From: an uncultured Alphaproteobacteria bacterium
GTDB taxonomy: Bacteria; Pseudomonadota; Alphaproteobacteria; Dongiales; Dongiaceae
Length of the DNA: 64,000 nucleotides
Assembly (NCBI GenBank): GCA_963849845.1
Contig: CAWKIJ010000008.1
Location: forward strand, 430-64,429
Direction of reading: 5' to 3'
The notes under the pieces were generated by a model, which was given only the letters and a program-made list of their open reading frames with translations, was not told where the DNA came from and did no database searches. Positions 62,915-64,000 of this stretch are shown one piece after another; the first letter of the stretch is position 1; the number at the start of each line of letters is the position of its first letter. A program made the position numbers and the translations under genes.

Positions 62915-64000
62915 ATGGCCGACATCCGCTCGAATTTCATCGGCATCCGGTCGCCCAATCCGTTCTGGCTGGCCTCGGCGCCGCCGACCGACAAGGAATA
63001 CAACGTGGTGCGCGCCTTCAAGGCCGGCTGGGGCGGTGTGGTCTGGAAGACGCTCGGCGAGGACCCGCCGGTGGTGAACGTGAGCTCGCGCTACGGCGCG
63101 CTGCATTACGGCGCCGACCGGATGATCGGCTTCAACAACATCGAGCTGATCACCGATCGGCCGCTGGAGGTGAACCTGCGCGAGATCAAGCAGGTGAAGC
63201 GCGACTGGCCGGATCGCGCCGTCATCATCTCGCTGATGGTGCCCTGCGAGGAGGCGAACTGGAAGAACATCCTGAAGGCGATCGAGGACACCGGCGCCGA
63301 CGGGATCGAGCTCAATTTCGGCTGTCCGCACGGCATGTCCGAGCGCGGCATGGGCTCCGCCGTCGGCCAGGTGCCGGAATATGTCGGCATGGTGGCGCGC
63401 TGGTGCAAGCAGCACAGCCGCATGCCGGTGATCGTCAAGCTGACGCCGAACGTGACCGACATCCGCAAGCCGGCCCGGGCGGCAATGGAAGGCGGCGCCG
63501 ATGCGGTGTCGCTGATCAACACCATCAACTCGATCACCTCGATCGATCTCGACATCATGGCACCGACGCCGACCGTCGACGGCAAGGGCACCCATGGCGG
63601 CTATTGCGGACCGGCGGTGAAGCCGATCGCGCTGCACATGACCGCCGACATCGCCCGCGACCCGGAAACCCGCGGCCTGCCGATCTCGGCGATCGGCGGG
63701 ATCGCCAACTGGCGCGATGCGGCGGAATTCATCGCGCTGTCGGCGGGAACCGTGCAGGTCTGCACCGCGGCGATGCATTACGGGTTCCGCATCGTCGACG
63801 ACATGATCACCGGCCTGTCGAACTGGATGGACGAAAAGGGATACCGGACCATCGAGGATTTCCGCGGCAAGGCGGTGGCGAACGTCACCGACTGGCAGTT
63901 CCTCAACATCAACTACAAGTCGATCGCCCGGATCGACCAGGACAAATGCATCCAGTGCGGACTCTGCCACATCGCCTGCGAGGACACGTCGCACCAGTCG
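62915..64000 (+). CDS. preA: NAD-dependent dihydropyrimidine dehydrogenase subunit PreA (DHODH-like plus 4Fe-4S), 3' end outside window
   Basis: An open frame runs from ATG 62915 (after AGGAGGAGG) to the window end; having no stop, it is absent from the ORF track. My own translation is MADIRSNFIGIRSPNPFWLASAPPT...GADGIELNFGCPHGMSERGMGSAVGQ...KLTPNVTD...INTINS...DKCIQCGLCHIACED. This is the PreA/PydA pattern. Confidence 0.85.
   Translation, partial: MADIRSNFIGIRSPNPFWLASAPPTDKEYNVVRAFKAGWGGVVWKTLGEDPPVVNVSSRYGALHYGADRMIGFNNIELITDRPLEVNLREIKQVKRDWPDRAVIISLMVPCEEANWKNILKAIEDTGADGIELNFGCPHGMSERGMGSAVGQVPEYVGMVARWCKQHSRMPVIVKLTPNVTDIRKPARAAMEGGADAVSLINTINSITSIDLDIMAPTPTVDGKGTHGGYCGPAVKPIALHMTADIARDPETRGLPISAIGGIANWRDAAEFIALSAGTVQVCTAAMHYGFRIVDDMITGLSNWMDEKGYRTIEDFRGKAVANVTDWQFLNINYKSIARIDQDKCIQCGLCHIACEDTSHQS

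Noticed and set aside
61583-63994. An 803-aa minus-strand ORF opposite preT-preA.
   Set aside because: It is a shadow ORF with low-complexity R/D/G/H composition. The plus strand encodes PreT and PreA with Fe-S and Rossmann motifs and good Shine-Dalgarno sequences.

Overview
This is a 64-kb high-GC proteobacterial chromosomal segment; gene content and synteny look alphaproteobacterial. I call about 50 protein-coding genes. I found no rRNA or tRNA genes, no CRISPR array, and no transposase, integrase or phage genes. Nt 1-10048 are the 3' part of one giant type-I-secretion (RTX) adhesin gene. It holds about 7.8 virtually identical 882-bp (294-aa) tandem units, one diverged unit, a VWA domain with a complete MIDAS motif, about 11 RTX nonapeptides and a C-terminal secretion tail. 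Its reading frame is broken twice, near nt 155 and nt 9103. The other 54 kb is mostly ordinary metabolism, transport and housekeeping. In order it contains: a secreted FecR-domain protein; a same-strand run of PMH-like sulfatase, pgm, pgi, a small ORF and an N,N-dimethylformamidase-large-subunit-like gene; a Pot-type ABC importer; a ProXVW-type importer with a DeoR regulator; a long acyl-CoA dehydrogenase, an FAD oxidase, tsaC and cysQ; two tandem paralogous CHASE hybrid histidine kinases; an MBL hydrolase and an enoyl-CoA hydratase; DUF423-LprI-HDAC; xseB-ispA-MATE-tlyA-RNA methyltransferase; a DMT transporter and an aminotransferase; an amino-acid ABC importer without an ATPase gene; DUF2125, gmk, yicC and an SDR; a FecR / CHASE2 cyclase / secreted-protein cluster; and a RutR-like TetR regulator with a perfect RutR box, divergent from preT-preA (preA runs off the window end). 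Many neighbouring genes overlap by ATGA or GTGA, which suggests operons. I did not find a clear-cut novel multi-gene system: there are no defence, toxin or mobile-element signatures. The most unusual items are the perfect-repeat, frameshifted adhesin; the DMFase-like gene pair embedded in a sugar-phosphate gene run; the FecR-flanked CHASE2 cyclase module; and the duplicated CHASE kinases. All family assignments come from motif recognition by eye. No database searches were run.
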